Below, piece after piece: positions 1 through 25,573 of a stretch of DNA of 58,855 bases. This DNA is from Phoronis australis (taxonomy: Eukaryota; Animalia; Phoronida), in assembly GCA_002633005.1 (NCBI GenBank), contig NMRA01001081.1:1-58855 (forward strand), read 5' to 3'. The translations under genes and the position numbers were made by a program. The notes below the pieces were generated by a model. The model had not been told where the DNA came from and did no database searches. It saw nothing but the letters and a program-made list of their open reading frames with translations. The first letter of the stretch is position 1; each line of letters opens with the position of its first letter.

Positions 1-3000
1 GGACGCCAGTGGAAGCCAGCAGACGGCAGTGGAGGCCAGTGGAGGACAGTGGAGGCCATTGGAGGCCAGTGGAAGCCAGCAGAGGGCAGTGGAGGACAGT
101 GGAGGACAGTGCAGGCCAGGGGAGGCCAGTGGAGGACAGTGGATGCCAGTGGAGGCCAGTGGAAGGCAGTGGAGATCAATGGTGGCCAGTGGAGGCCAAT
201 GGAGGACAGTGGAGGCCTGTGGAAACACGTGGAAGCCAATGGAGGCCCGTGGAGGCCAGAGGAGGGACGTGGAAGCCAGTGGAAACCAGTGGAAGCCAGT
301 GGAATACTGTGGAGGCCAGTGGAGGACAGTGGAGGCCAGTGGAGCACAGTGGAGGTCTGTGGAGACCAGTGGAAGACAGTGGAAACCAGTGGAGGCCACT
401 GGAGGCCAGTGGAGGACAGTGGACATCAGTGGAGGGCAGCGCAGGCTAGTGGAAGCCAGCAGAGGGCAGTGTAGGCCAGTGGAGGCCAGTGGAGACCAGT
501 GGAAACACGTGGAAGCCAATGGAGGCCCGTGGTGGCCAGTGGAGGCCAGTGAAGGCCATTGGATGGCAGTATAAGCCAGTGGATATGAGTGGAGGCCAGT
601 GGAGGCCAGTGGACGCCAGTGGAGGCCAGTGGAGGCTAGTGGAGGCCAGTGGAAGCCAGTGGAGGCCAGAGGAGTCCAGTGGAGGTCAGTGAAGGCCAGA
701 TGAGGCCAGTGGAGGCTAGTGGACGCCAGTAGAGGCCAGTGGAGGGCCGTGGACGCCAGTGGAAGACAGCAGAGGGAAGTGGAGGCCAGTGGAGGACAGT
801 GGAGGCCACTGGAGGCCAGTGGAGGGCAGTGGACGCCAGTGGAAGCCAGCAGACGGCAGTGGAGGCCAGTGGNAGGGCAGTGCAGGCAAGTGGAAGCCAG
901 CAGAGGGCAGTGGAGGCCAGTGGAGGCTATCGGAGGCCAGTGGAGCACAGTGGAGGTCAGTGGAAGCCAGTGGAATGCAGTGGAGGCCAGTGGAGGCCAC
1001 TGGAGGCCAGTGGAGGCCAGTGGAGGCCAGTTGAGGGCAGTGGACGCCAGTGGAAGCCAGCAGAGTGCAGTGGAGGCCAGTGGAGGCTATCGGAGGCCAG
1101 TGGAATCCAGTCGAGGCCAGCGGAGGTGAGCGGAGGCCAGTGGAGGCCAGTGGATACCAGTGGAGGCCAGTGGACGCCAGTGGAGGCCATGGGACGCCAG
1201 TGGAGATCAATGGTGGCCAGTGTAGGCCAATGGAGGACAGTGGAGACCTGTGGAAACACCTGGAAGCCAATGGAGGCCCCTGGAGGCCAGTGGTGGGCCG
1301 TGGAAGCCAGTGGAAGGCAGTGGAATTCTGTGGACTCCAGTGGAGGACAGACTAGGCCAGTGGAGCACAGTGGAGGCCAGTGGAGGCCAGTGGAGGCCAG
1401 TGGAAGACAGTGGAAGCCAGTGGAGGACACTGGAGGATAGTGGAGGACAGTGGAGATCAGTGGAGGGCAGTGGAGGCCAGTGGAAGCCAGCAGAGAGCAG
1501 TGGAGGCCAGTGGAGGCCAGTGGAGACCAGTGGAAACACGTGGAAGCCAATGGAGGCCCGTGGTGGCCAGTGAAGGGCAGTGGAGGGCAGTGGAGGGCAG
1601 TGGATGGCAGTGGAGGCCCAAGGAGGCCAGCGGAGGCCAGTGAAGGCCAGTGTATGGCAGTGGGTGGAAGCCAGTGGATATGAGTGGAGGCCAGTAGAGG
1701 CCAGTGGAGGACAATGGAGACCAATGGAGGCTAGNGCCAGTGGAATACAATGGAGGCCAGTTTAGGACAGTGGAGGCCAGTGGAGCACAGTGGAGCCCAG
1801 TGGAGACCAGTGGAATACAGTGGAAGCCAGTGGAGGCCACTGGAGGCCAGTGGAGGCCACTGGCGGCCAGTTGAGGGCAGTGGACGCCAGTGAGTGGAAG
1901 CCAGGAGAGGGCAGTGGAGGCCAGAGGAGGACAGTGGAGGCTATTGGAGGCCAGTGGAGGTCCGTCGAGGACAGCGGAGGTGAGCGGAGGCCAGTGGAGG
2001 CCAGTGGATACCAGTGGAGCCCAGTGGAAGCCAGTGGATGAAAGTGGAGCCCAGTGAAGGCCAGTGTATGCCAGTGGAGGGCAGTGTATGCCAGTGGAGG
2101 TAAGTGGAGGCCAGTGGAGGCCAGTAGAGGCCAGTGGAGGCCAGAGGCGGCCAGTGAAGGCCAGTGGATTGCAGTGGAGGTCAGTGAATACCAGTGGAGA
2201 TCAGAGGAGGCCAGTGGAGGCCAGGGGAGGCCAGTGGTGGACAGTGGAGACCTGTGGAAACACGTGGAAGCCAATTGAGGCCCGTGGAGGCCAGTGGAGG
2301 GACGTGGAAGCCAGTGGAAGCCAGTGGAATACTGTGGAGGCCAGCGGAGGACAGTGGAGGCCAGTGGAGCACAGTGGAGGCCAGTGGACACCAGTAGAAG
2401 ACAGTATAAACCAGTGGAGGCCACTGGAGGCCAGTGGAGGACAGTGGAGATCAGTGGAGGGCAGTGCAGGCTAGTGGAAGCCAGCAGAGGGCAGTGGAGT
2501 CCAGTGGAGGCCAGTGGAGACCAGAGGATACACGTGGAAGCCAATGGAGGCCCGTGGCGGCCAGTGGAGGGTAGTGGAGAGCAGAGGAGGGCAGTGGATG
2601 GCAGTGGAGGCCCAAAGAGGCCAGCGGAGGCCAGTGAAGGCCAGTGGATGGCAGTGGAAGCCAGTGGATATGAGTGGAGGCCAGTAGAGGCCAGTGGAGG
2701 ACAATGGAGAACAATGGAGGCTAGTGGAGGCCAGTGGAGGCCAGTGGACGCCAGTGGAGGCCAGAGGAGGCCAGTGGAATTCAGTGAAGGCCAGATGAGG
2801 CCAGTCGAGGCTAGTGGACGCCAGTAGAGGCCAGTGGAGGGCCGTGGAAGCCAGTGGAAGCCAGTGAAATACAGTGGAGGCCAGTGGAGGCCACTGGAGA
2901 CCAGTGGAGGCCACTGGAGGCCAGTTGAGGGCAGTGGACGCCAATGGAAGCCAGCAGAGGGCAGTGGAGGCCAGTGGAGGTTATTGGAGGCCAGTGGAGG

Positions 3001-3333
3001 CCAGTCGAGGCCAGCTGAGGTGAGCGGAGGCCAGTGGAGGCCAGTGGATACCAGTGGAGGCCAGTGGAGGCCAGTGGAGGCCATGGGACGCCAGTGGAGG
3101 ACAGTGGAGGCCAGTGGAGGCCAGTGGAGGGCAGTGGAGATCAATGGTGGCCAGTGGAGGCCAATGGAGGACAGTGGAGACCTGTGGAAACACGTGGAAG
3201 CCAATGGAGGCCCCTGGAGGCCAGTGGAGGGCCGTGGAAGCCAGTGGAAGCCAGTGGAATACTGTGGAGGCCAGGGGAGGACAGAGGAGGCCAGTGGAGC
3301 ACAGTGGAGGCCAGTGGAAGCCAGTGGAGACCA
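1..3333. repeat. G-rich 10-bp tandem satellite (consensus GGAGGCCAGT) with higher-order blocks
   Basis: Roughly 330 degenerate copies of a 10-mer. Variant blocks such as ggagatcaatggtggcc...ggaaacacgtggaagccaat recur at ~171, ~1202 and ~3137. Single n joins at 873, 1735 and 3334. Confidence 0.97.
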
Positions 3334-6300
3334 NCTCTTGTACATCTTATTATAGCAGTTAAAGCTGCATTTTGCACTAAAAACAAAAATCAAATTTGGC
3401 TTTTCAGTCTCAAGAATTAATCTCGTAATACTCCCAACTGTGATAGGATTCCATGTCCATTACCAAAAAGAACATTGAAATATATACGTATATTATTATA
3501 TGTAATAATGATAACTATAAGTAACTCAAGAAAACACTTCAGCTGATACGGACATTGAATCTTATCATGGTCAGAAATATTACGAGACCAATTTTAAAAG
3601 GCATAAATCAACTTTCCTTTTTATTGAAATGCCGACAGTCACACTTTGCAGAGCTAAGCTGTTCACCTGAACTGAATATTATGTTAATGCCGTACTCAAA
3701 GTCTGTCATCAGATATACAGTGATTGATATGACTGTTCACTTTACACGCATTCAATTGCTTTGCCATGGTGGGTTGTACAATTTGTCTTAAGACTTTGGC
3801 CTTAGATTAGACTATATTCTGGAGTCTTATGATAGTGTGTGCATCAACTTTTGTTTTTTTTTTTTTTTTTTTTTAACTTTATTTACAATTTAGTGTTTTC
3901 TAGATACTTTAGGTTGTAAGTTACTTGCTCACTCTTTCTTAACAAAGTCCATGCTCATACGGTTTAACATGCTTTTTCAGCTTATCGCCCACCCCCAAAA
4001 TTTCCCTTCTTTCACTCCGTAGCATCCATGCTTGGCTTACCTTTCACTCTGAATTTTATGAGAGTGCGAATTCCTGAAAGGTGTTCATGTCTGTCTCAGA
4101 ATTTTAGCTCCCAAAAAGCACTTAACTCTCCTTATTTTGAGTAATGATTACCTTAATCAGATTTAGTGGAACTTTGCCTTATTCAAGTGGGAAAATGTCC
4201 GTACTGTCCTGCTCTTTACTCAAAGGAGACATAAAATAGCTCTTTTAAATCATTCTAAAATTATTGTAGCCATGTGTAAAAACTGGTGAACACATTCGTG
4301 TCAACAGCGAATGGCCAGCACATTATGTGAGCAATGTTTGCATCGGAAAATTTAAACATACACTGCTTAACATGCTATTGAACTACTGTGCATGATCACT
4401 TCATTCTGGATACTATAATAGTCTTACTGCATTGTTGCGTGGAGTCCAATGTCAATATACATTAGTAACTCTCTAGGCCTTAAACCTATTGGCCATTTAG
4501 GTACCTTCCTCCTCTAGTTTCTCAAAAAAAATTGTTTTTTGAATTCCCATGCTTGGATTAAAGCTCACCCTCTAACTTATGAGTTTCCAATGTACGCACC
4601 CTGGCCAATAACCCAGTACTGTATTAGCACCACTGTGCCTCTTCCTCATGGTCACTCTGATAGTGACTTTAGATGCACAGAAAAAGTGACCAGTGGTGAC
4701 CCCATTTGACCGGTGGGGAAGCAACACACCTTCATTTGGAAGGTGTCCAGGGCGTCCAAATGGATACCCTAAGTTAAATTTAGACACCCTAGTTAGAATG
4801 CCCTGTTCAGCATTTGGGCACCAAGTAAAATACTGGTAAGTGTGATGTCTCTTTTGACTTTATAGCAGCAGCTCTGGGACATCATTGACGTGTCTCAAGA
4901 AATAGTTTGTTTAACTATGAAATAAAGTATGAGGTACTTTGTTGCAGAACGATATCTCCGCGGCAACATTTTAAACTATATCTCCATAGTAACATACCAA
5001 ACTATATCTCCGAAGTAACATACCCAAACTATAGCAGCAATTTGACTTGCATTATTAGTCATGAACACCCTCTGAAATTGGGAAATCCATTTTGGATACC
5101 TGGATGAACCCTGGAGCACAGTCTGAAAAAGTTCTTTGAAAGTAGACACAATAAGGCTCCACAGTTTAGGACAATATGTGATGTTTTTCAAATTTCTTTA
5201 CAAGATTAAGATTTAATTTTGCTTCATTAATGACTTGATTGTATTGTGCAACTCTCATCAAACAATCATTTCAAAATATTTTTTAATTGAAACATCTAGT
5301 AGATCTTGCTACATGTGTATGATCTACTTCCGGTTCTGTATTTAGAACTGTACAGAATGCTGTGTATTTCTCCAGAGAGTGTTAATAATTGATATAATCC
5401 ATTAAGTTGGAGACTGCATTCTTGGTTTCACCGTACTTGTCTTGTTAATTTTTGATATTAAAGTGGCATATTGCCTGGTGATATCGTTTTGCATGCTTGT
5501 ACAGCAAGGTGATGATGTCTGTGAATGGTGTGAATTAAAATTAAATTGCTTGATTGACAGAAAATAGAGCCTTGGTGTTCATCCATTTTAGATTTTATCT
5601 AGTTAGTGATTTTTGAACTTTCATAATTAAAAGTGCTCATGTAAATTGGCCCTGAGCAAACATTAAAACATGATGCCAAGTTCATGTACTGTCATTTCCT
5701 TTTTGTTAATTTAGAAAAAAAAAAATTAGTAACACATTATTTTCATATGCTATGCATGTCACCTCTATGCCACAACACTATTTCAATCATGAACTTAGTA
5801 ACTAAGGCTTTTCAGGCTTGACTTAAGAGTTCAAACTTGGCTGAAGATTTCCAAAAGTGGTTCAAAACATTTCAGACAGCGGCACCCTGTTTGAATACAT
5901 ATAGGGAGAGCTCTGCAACTGTTAGAGAATGACTTAAAGCTTGCGAGCTCATGATCTCAACATGCCCACTGTATCATTTACTAGTAGCTAGTCAGGCTGA
6001 AACATAAAACTGATGAAAAATGCCGCCCACATATCTTATTGTAAAGTGTTTCCAATCATTTACTTACTTTCTCAGGTGTTTGATAATGTAGTTTAAGAGA
6101 ATTTTACATCATAATACTGAAAACCAGATAGAGTTTTGTCAGTTATTTCTGCATAATTCCAACAACCTTTTTTATTTTAGTAAACGAAGTTGGCAGTCCT
6201 TTACCTTTAGAAATGACACTGCATGTCACTTTAATTAGTGTCTTATGCAATTCATAATTTATCAAAATTCATTTGTGGAATTACCAGCAATTCCTTAGAG

Positions 6301-6415
6301 ACTTAAGCAGATAACCTATGACTCATAAACCTGGTTGCACTCTTTTCAGGAGTTTGTAGATGGTGGTTGAGTATGATCGTCATCGCCCCCTAGTGTCAAC
6401 TGGCAACTAGCCACC

Positions 6416-18463
<12,048 letters not shown>

Positions 18464-18619
18464 CAGCTGGCATAGTAATACATGTGACGACTGGAGTCAT
18501 GCAGGTAACATGTTTTATTGGCTTGAACTTAGGACATCTAGTTGGGTATTACTTAAGTCCCTGTGTGCACTAACAATAACGTTTGAGTTTTTTTAAAAAC
18601 TAATTTAATAATTAGTAAT

Positions 18620-18795
18620 GACTGCAGGCGGTCTGGTACATGTACCAAGCATTTATCACCTGCAGCCATTTCTATGCATTATTAATAAGCTGAGGAGCTA
18701 GAGACCTGACTCAAGGGTCTAGCAATGTGCCCTAGTGGGGCTCGCACCCACAACTTTGAGTAAAAGATACGGACACTTGTCCCAATAGTCCTCAC
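18620..18795 (-). mobile_element. Probable tRNA-derived SINE copy in the presumed TTBK 3' UTR
   Basis: Aligns by eye with 49745-49945 (tgcaggcggtctg...atcacctg...gaggagctaga.acctg.ctcaa.ggt.tagca.tgtg.cct.gtggg.ct.g.acccac.ac). Carries a reverse-complement B-box-like motif. Confidence 0.55.
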
Positions 18796-20566
18796 TGGCA
18801 TTCACAGCTGTATGCTGTATCTTAGTACCACGTCGCAATTTTTTTCTATGATGTGTGTTGGGCCCACATTACTGGGCACTTCAAAGAGTTGGGTCCTCTG
18901 CATGTCAGTGTTTAGAAGTGTGGAGCTAACATTGTAAGTTTGCCTCTCATTGGCATATATGAAAAAGATATCCTTCATCTTTACTTAGGAGAGATTTAGT
19001 CATGCGATAAAGCTAAAAATCATTTTACAGTTTTCATCTATTTTCAGAAGATAGAAGTATTACAGAATGGAGGTGTTCTATACATGCACGATCCCCCAGA
19101 GTGGAGGTGTTCTATTCCTGCATGATCCCCCACATGGCTAATTTACTCCATCTCTCCATCTTACAAGTTAAAAACAAGTTTGTAGCCTTTCTGTTCCAAA
19201 CACAACTTGTTTGTTATATTAATCAAAATGTTGTCATGGGGTAAGCACTGCAAAGGGTGGATGAAAATCAAAACTTGCAGAATGGAATTTATGCGCGTTT
19301 TATGGTTCAACTGTATTTCTTTACTCTGTGATTAAAAAAACGGAATGTGTTTAAGACAGGCAAATTATAAATCTCGTTTTTTATCAGATTATTTCCCAGT
19401 TGTTTTTTATTTGAAGTGTTGTTTAAGCAGTATGTAATGTTAGGTAAGCCTGCAAATTGTCTGCACTGTGACCTCTGTGTGACCTCTGATTAATGTGCTT
19501 TTTTCTTTATGGAATATGAAAGTCAGGGCTTTTCAGTTTTTTTAGTTACACCTGTATTTTGCTACGGTTCCTCTGTTTTGGTCAGTGGGAAAGTTTTACT
19601 CCTGTACTTAAACAGCCATTGTAACTCCTCTCAAAATAGATGAATTAAACTGCAGAGTTGCACAACTCTACTGCAATGGGAAAGGTTATATCCACTCTGA
19701 TAAGTTTTACTGCTAGAGGTCACCACTTGTAACGCATCAGGTTTTTAATCTAAAATATGAATCAACTACGCCATCTGGTGTTTAATCCATTGAACCAGGG
19801 GAAACTGATGTCACTACCTGAAATGAGTTAGCAGGAAGGGTAAGGGGAGTTGTAATGGAGTTTTGATAAACCAGAGTTTCACTGATGGGAAAGTAACATC
19901 AAAGGAAGTGGACTAAAAATCCACCTTACTTCTTATCTCATTGATGGTTTATTACAACTGAATATGGAACCTAATGCCACTGTGTCAAGGCAGATTTGAT
20001 CAGCAGATTTCTTGATTTTACTTTAACCACTTAGTGGAAAGGAAATAAAGCTTTAACTTAAGCTGAAGTAACTTATAATCCCATAAACTGTGGTTCTTTT
20101 CATTGACTTTCTGTTCTGAAAAACTTGGCAATATGTGTCTGATAAGCTGTTTGTGTTTGTTTAGAATGTACGCCAACATATGGTGTGCTGACGGGACATA
20201 GAATGTTTAGAACCTACTTTAAGTTGCCCTTTATGTTTATACCTTGCATGCTTTATTCTTAAATCCATCATGTGACGGTTTGTGAAGCTCTTAGTAATGA
20301 AATTTTGTTACCTTTGTCTCTGAGATGATTGTAGTCATACAACAGAATCCTTCACAAAATATTGATTTTACCCATCCCTGGTTGTGACTCCATGAACTGA
20401 GGTCAGTTTCATGGAAAGTGACTATAGACTTATGTAGGAGCTGAGAAAAATGTTCAAATATGGATAACTTTGGAGCATCGTGTCTCCAAAACGGTTCGTT
20501 GGATTCATGTGAAACTGTCAGGTACTGAGGAGCTACCAAAAATAGGACTTTTATTATTTTCATAAA

Positions 20567-20576
20567 AATAAATAAA
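20567..20576 (+). promoter_or_regulatory. Candidate poly(A) signal (overlapping AATAAA x2) for TTBK
   Basis: aataaataaa about 2.1 kb after the stop, followed by TG/T-rich sequence. No transcript support. Confidence 0.25.
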
Positions 20577-20807
20577 GTTGCATAAAACAAAACGAAATGA
20601 TATCTTAGAAAACTGTTAACAGTGTTTTTGCAATGTAAAGTTGAACATTTATATATTAATTAAAATTTGTTCATGTGATTGATACCGTTGTTTTGCTATC
20701 AGTGAATCTTACTTTTCTGCTAAATTTCACTCACTATCAAGTTGTATCAGCTTTCTACTTTCAGAAAATGTATATGTTTGTTAAATTGAAGTCTGTAGAT
20801 ACTTGTC

Positions 20808-21172
20808 TAAATATGAACAGCTGTCAAGAAGGTCCTACATGACCTTAAGGCATAAATATGAACAGCTGTCACCAAGGTCCTACATGACCTTAAGGCATAA
20901 ATATGAACAGCTGTCACCAAGGTCCTACATGACCTTAAGGCATAAATATGAACAGCTGTCACCAAGGTCCTACATGACCTTAAGGCATAAATATGAACAG
21001 CTGTCACGAAGGTCCTACATGATTTTAAGGCATAAATATGAACAGCTGTCAAGAAGGTCCTACATGACCTTAAGGCATAAATATGAACAGCTGTCACGAA
21101 GGTCCTACATGACCTTAAGGCATAAATATGAACAGCTGTCAAGAAAGTCCTACTTGACCTTAAGGCATAAAT
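20808..21172. repeat. 45-bp tandem repeat x8 (taaatatgaacagctgtcaccaaggtcctacatgaccttaaggca)
   Basis: Eight near-identical adjacent copies with no spacers. Confidence 0.95.
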
Positions 21173-22479
21173 TTTGTCTTAAGCTCCACATGCCTGCTTC
21201 TGAAAATAGTGTTAACTCGCCCAAGTGCAAGGTCCTTGAAAACAAACTCATGATTTGTTGTTGCTCATGAATTATTTCCAAACTGTGACCGGAATTACAT
21301 GGCAAAACTTTATTCTGTAATTGTGAAGAGGGGCTGTAAGTTAAAATTTCTGACTTAAGTCTTGAGTCATTTTTTATGAAACATTACCCTGAGGCCTGTT
21401 TCAGTGAGGTCAACAATAGGTCTTGAGCTCAATGTTTTAATGTTGTCATGAGGTCAGCATTGGTGTTCAACAGTTCAAATGGGCGTGGTTAATTGGTTGT
21501 AATCAGTCATGTGACTTGGTGAAATGGATCCTAGCTCAGGACTAGCAGTCTTCCGTCCTCTCCAAATGTTGCTGATGGTGTTTTTCATAGGAACACTTTC
21601 TTATCTCATGAGCTATAACTGATGCACTGTGTGTCTTGGGAACATGCTTCTTTCCTAGTGAAGCGCATGTCTTTTTGCAAACAATCTTCTTTTCTCATAA
21701 CAACTGATGGTACCCAGCTCTAGAGTAGAGGCAGTTTGATACACTGTACTGACTACCTGCTTATCCAAGCTTCTTGTCATAAAGTGAACAGAACTGTGGT
21801 TCATGAGAAAAATGTGTTTGTAAAAAAAGAATGAACTTGTGAGAAAATGTTTGTGAGATGCAAATGAAAGTTATTAGAAAAATGCTGGGGTTAGATCATT
21901 GTTTTGTTTCACTCCATTGTGGAAAGGTGGGTTTGTTGATGTCTATGGTGAATAATGATTGTGTGACTTTCTAGTATAAGAACTCATTCTAGTTCACTGA
22001 GTAATCCTTCTGCAACTGGATATCGGGATTTGTTAATTGTCTTGTTATTAGTTCCTAAATCTTCCAAAAGGCAGAAATTTGCATTTAGGCTGTATTGTAA
22101 ATGTTCATTTTTGGTTAACTTTTTTTACAAACTAAGGGATGTAGATTTGTTTGCAATGACTGTGAAGGTTTCGAGATTTTGTTTGTACATTTGTATGATA
22201 TTAAGTTATTAACTTTGTATATAAAGACCTCATAAACCAGTTCAAAATAGCGTGTTCTTTTCTTTATATATCCGGACATTTAACATTGGCAAATGTTGGA
22301 TAAGAGAGCCACAATTTTGAATGAAAATGATCTGGCAAGCTCCAAAACTATGGTTAAGTTGTTATTACAATATAATTGAGTATTTTTTTATTTTTTTCAG
22401 TCTTTTTCAGTTGGTCCTAATGATCCACCGTACAAAAGTCGTTTTTAAGATTTTTGTGAAATGATCTGGGTTGTTCTTA

Positions 22480-23850
22480 ATGAAACTTTTATTAATTCAA
22501 CCAACCAGTACATAGTTGTGCAGCAATATGAAATCTAGTCAAGTACATCAAACAAATTATTTAACCCTATAAAAGCTAGTTGCTAGGCAAAAAGGAAGAT
22601 CACCTTGCCTGGAATCTCTAAGGATCCAATTTATAATTGTAAATATTTTTCCAGGTTGTGGTAATCACATACCTCACGTAAAAATAACTGAAAATTGGGC
22701 TTAGCCTTTTGCAGTCTCCCTATATAAGTGAAATTTCGCTAAGCAAAGAATTACAACTTCTAATCTACAGGCTGGGTCTCCAAACAGGGCGGTGGACATA
22801 CTTAGCTGCAGAGGGAAATCGTACTGATTTATTATCCATGTTTTTAAACATCCCCAAAACTTCTGAACAAGCGAACACTACCAATACAAATGTAGAATTG
22901 TTTCTTCGTTATGCTCACAGAAAGAACACAAAGAAGATTCACTAACACCTATTTTCTTTAAATAAGAGTTTGTACCAATAAGTCTGAGGTTGATACGGAA
23001 TTGAAACCACCGAGTCTGACATCGGAAGTACAATGATAAATTACAGAATGAATTTTTTTTCCAAGACTGAGTATCATCACATAAGTTAATTTCTCTCTCC
23101 CACTTCAATTCCACGAAAGGTTTTACATACAATTTGGAAATAAATAATTGATAGATTTTCCCGTCCCTTTATTTTCCGAGGAGATTCGAAAAATATGTTT
23201 TAGAAAAAATGGAGTGACTATAGTACTATTGTCTCTTAGATGATTCCAAGAATGAAGTATTGACCTTCGAATTCCATAAAAATGAGTAATACAAAGGCAA
23301 AATTGAAAATGTGTACAGACGGTATGATAATCACAAATATATTCTTTATCAGGGTGAATTAATTCATGAACGTATCGTCTACTTTCTTGAAACCACTCGT
23401 TCCAATTTTAAATCTTTTTTCACAGCAGAGCTTATCACCAAAACATATCTTGGAACCAATCCATATACAAACAGTTTTATCGATATTGGGTGCCAAACCA
23501 AAATACTTAGCAAAACTGATCAAGAAGGTTAAATGGCGATTTTAAAGAGGTCTTTGAACCATCTAGAAAGAGGACCGTGTCGTCTACATATTGCATTAAT
23601 TTAAACTCTAAAGAGCCTATTTTTATGCCTGTAACATTCTCGCATTGCGAAATGATCTGAGTTGATTTTAAAAAAGTGTCAGCTGATCTTTTTCAGGGCT
23701 TGCAATTTTCCTCTTTTAAGAGGATTTCTTCTTTTTAGTTTCAATTTCCTCATCTGATTTCCAGTATATTCTTTTTTCGTCTCTTTTATCATTATTTTGA
23801 CTTTATTTATTCAAAAATGTTTATTTCAGTTAAATTTTACAACACAATTA
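22480..23850 (-). mobile_element. Decayed L1/Tx1-clade LINE 3' portion (zf-RVT)
   Basis: ORF 22878-23132 reads RWFQFRINLRLIGTNSYLKKIGVSESSLCSFCEHNEETILHLYW, the CxxC..E...H.F/YW zinc knuckle downstream of L1-type RT. Flanks are degenerate and boundaries approximate. Confidence 0.7.
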
Positions 23851-25573
23851 TTTCTATTACGCAAGCCCATTTATTTGTGGAACGATACATCACCTGGAAA
23901 ATTTCCCTTCCATTTTGTCACGGGTCATTCCAAGCCCTGTTTTTTGCCTTTTAGGTTATTTAGTTTTCCACTTTGACTTAAGCAAACACCGCCTGATCCA
24001 AAAGAGCGCCCCGAGAGTGTTTTTTTCTGGAAAACCGCTGGTCGCTGTGAGCATTCTTTTGAAACAACTTATTCTTTGAATGATAGGCATAGATGCATAT
24101 CATACGCCAAATATCAACATATTACATTAACGTTGAAAGCATATAGCGTCATTCCATCAACACGCAAAAATAGCTATTGAAATGAACAAGGACATTTGTT
24201 GAACCAACAATGCAAAGTTCATCGCCGCACACGCAAAAGTTACAATCCAGTCTAAAAGTTCAAATTACTTGGCAAAAATGCAGCAGAGTTGCATTTAAAC
24301 TCCGACTTCATGGGAATGTTTTTTTCTGAAAAATCTGTAAAAGCTTTCTAAAATCCGGGTTCATGCAAATTTCTTCTTTTGGATGATCGCTCTTTCGGGG
24401 ACTGCTCTTTAAAGGGTGCCATGTTTTGGATATTCCCAGTAGACGAGCCTACAATTTTAAATTAAAAAGCGAACTAAGCGCTTGATCTGGATGTACATGT
24501 ACGCATACAGAAGGCCTCGGCGTATTAGATCGAGCCTTTATCATTCAGTTGACAAAAATCTTCACGGCATTCAGCCAGCCAAATAACTGCGTATTTTTTA
24601 AAGGACGGGGTTCGCCAAGACATTAATTTCAAGTATGGGTTCATCTAACTGGTTCACGTATAAACGCATGCGCGTAATTCCGAATACAGACGTAAGTTTG
24701 ATGTTGGCGCATGTGCCTAATTACGCACGTGAGCAGAAATGGTGACATTTAAAAAATCTTACAATATCTTTCGCAGAAGCTATTGTTCCGAAGTTATAAG
24801 TTAACATTTTTGGTTCTTGAGTGACTATCGCCTTTTTCTGCAAGGCTAGTTCATGGGGAGACTCAAAGGAGCCCCCATTTGGCGAAGTGGGCAAAAAGGT
24901 CCTCCTCAGAGAGACAAAAAGTCCTACAAAAGGAGAAAAAAGTCCACTTCAAGGCAGGAATTCGGCGAATGTACAAATCGTAGCTTTGAACGTAACCCGT
25001 TTTTTTAGTAAAACGTCCGCATTCACAAAAATTCAAGCCCCCCTATATTTTAAGATGGGTGTAGGCCTACGCATGTAGTTAGCAATCCGGCATTCTAAGT
25101 GCCGAATATTAGCCATCGTTAACCAGTCCCCAATGAAGAAATTCACGAAGGTTTGAAAACGGTAAATAAATCTGTGACCTAAAGAGCTGTCACTTTTCGG
25201 AATGTTTGCCCTCCAGACTTTCGGCCCTTCGTACAATCGACCATCCGACTATCGGCCCTTCGAACTATCGACCCTACGGACTAGTGCCCTCTGATGGAAT
25301 ATTATTGTGGACTCAGCTATTCGGACTACATTTGTGTGGGCTAAATGATTCATTTCAATCTCGAAGAAGTTTGAGCTGGGAACATCTAACATGTTTTGCG
25401 TATTCAATAACAAGTCCTCTACAGTATACGCCATTTCCACTGTGAAGTTCAAAATTTGCGTGACCGACCGGTGGCGCTACCCCCAGCGAATGGCTTCCGA
25501 ACTGCTAGCTTTCAACAATTACTTGAGATAACACTCCTCTGTTAAGCATTTGGGAACGCAATTGAGAGCTTTA

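Noticed and set aside
9-3420. Dozens of long ORFs (GGQWRPVEAS / STGLHWPPLA repeats, up to 543 aa)
   Set aside because: They are by-products of a stop-free 10-bp satellite. The same peptide appears in all frames, stops are scattered, and some ORFs cross n joins.
4673-4835. Possible upstream TTBK exon (ttag acceptor, tactg|gtaagt donor)
   Set aside because: Stops in all three frames. It could be a 5' UTR exon but cannot be supported without transcripts.
20803-21270. 155-aa ORF with 15-aa repeats / CRISPR-like look
   Set aside because: Pure 45-bp tandem repeat with no unique spacers, no cas genes and a eukaryotic context.
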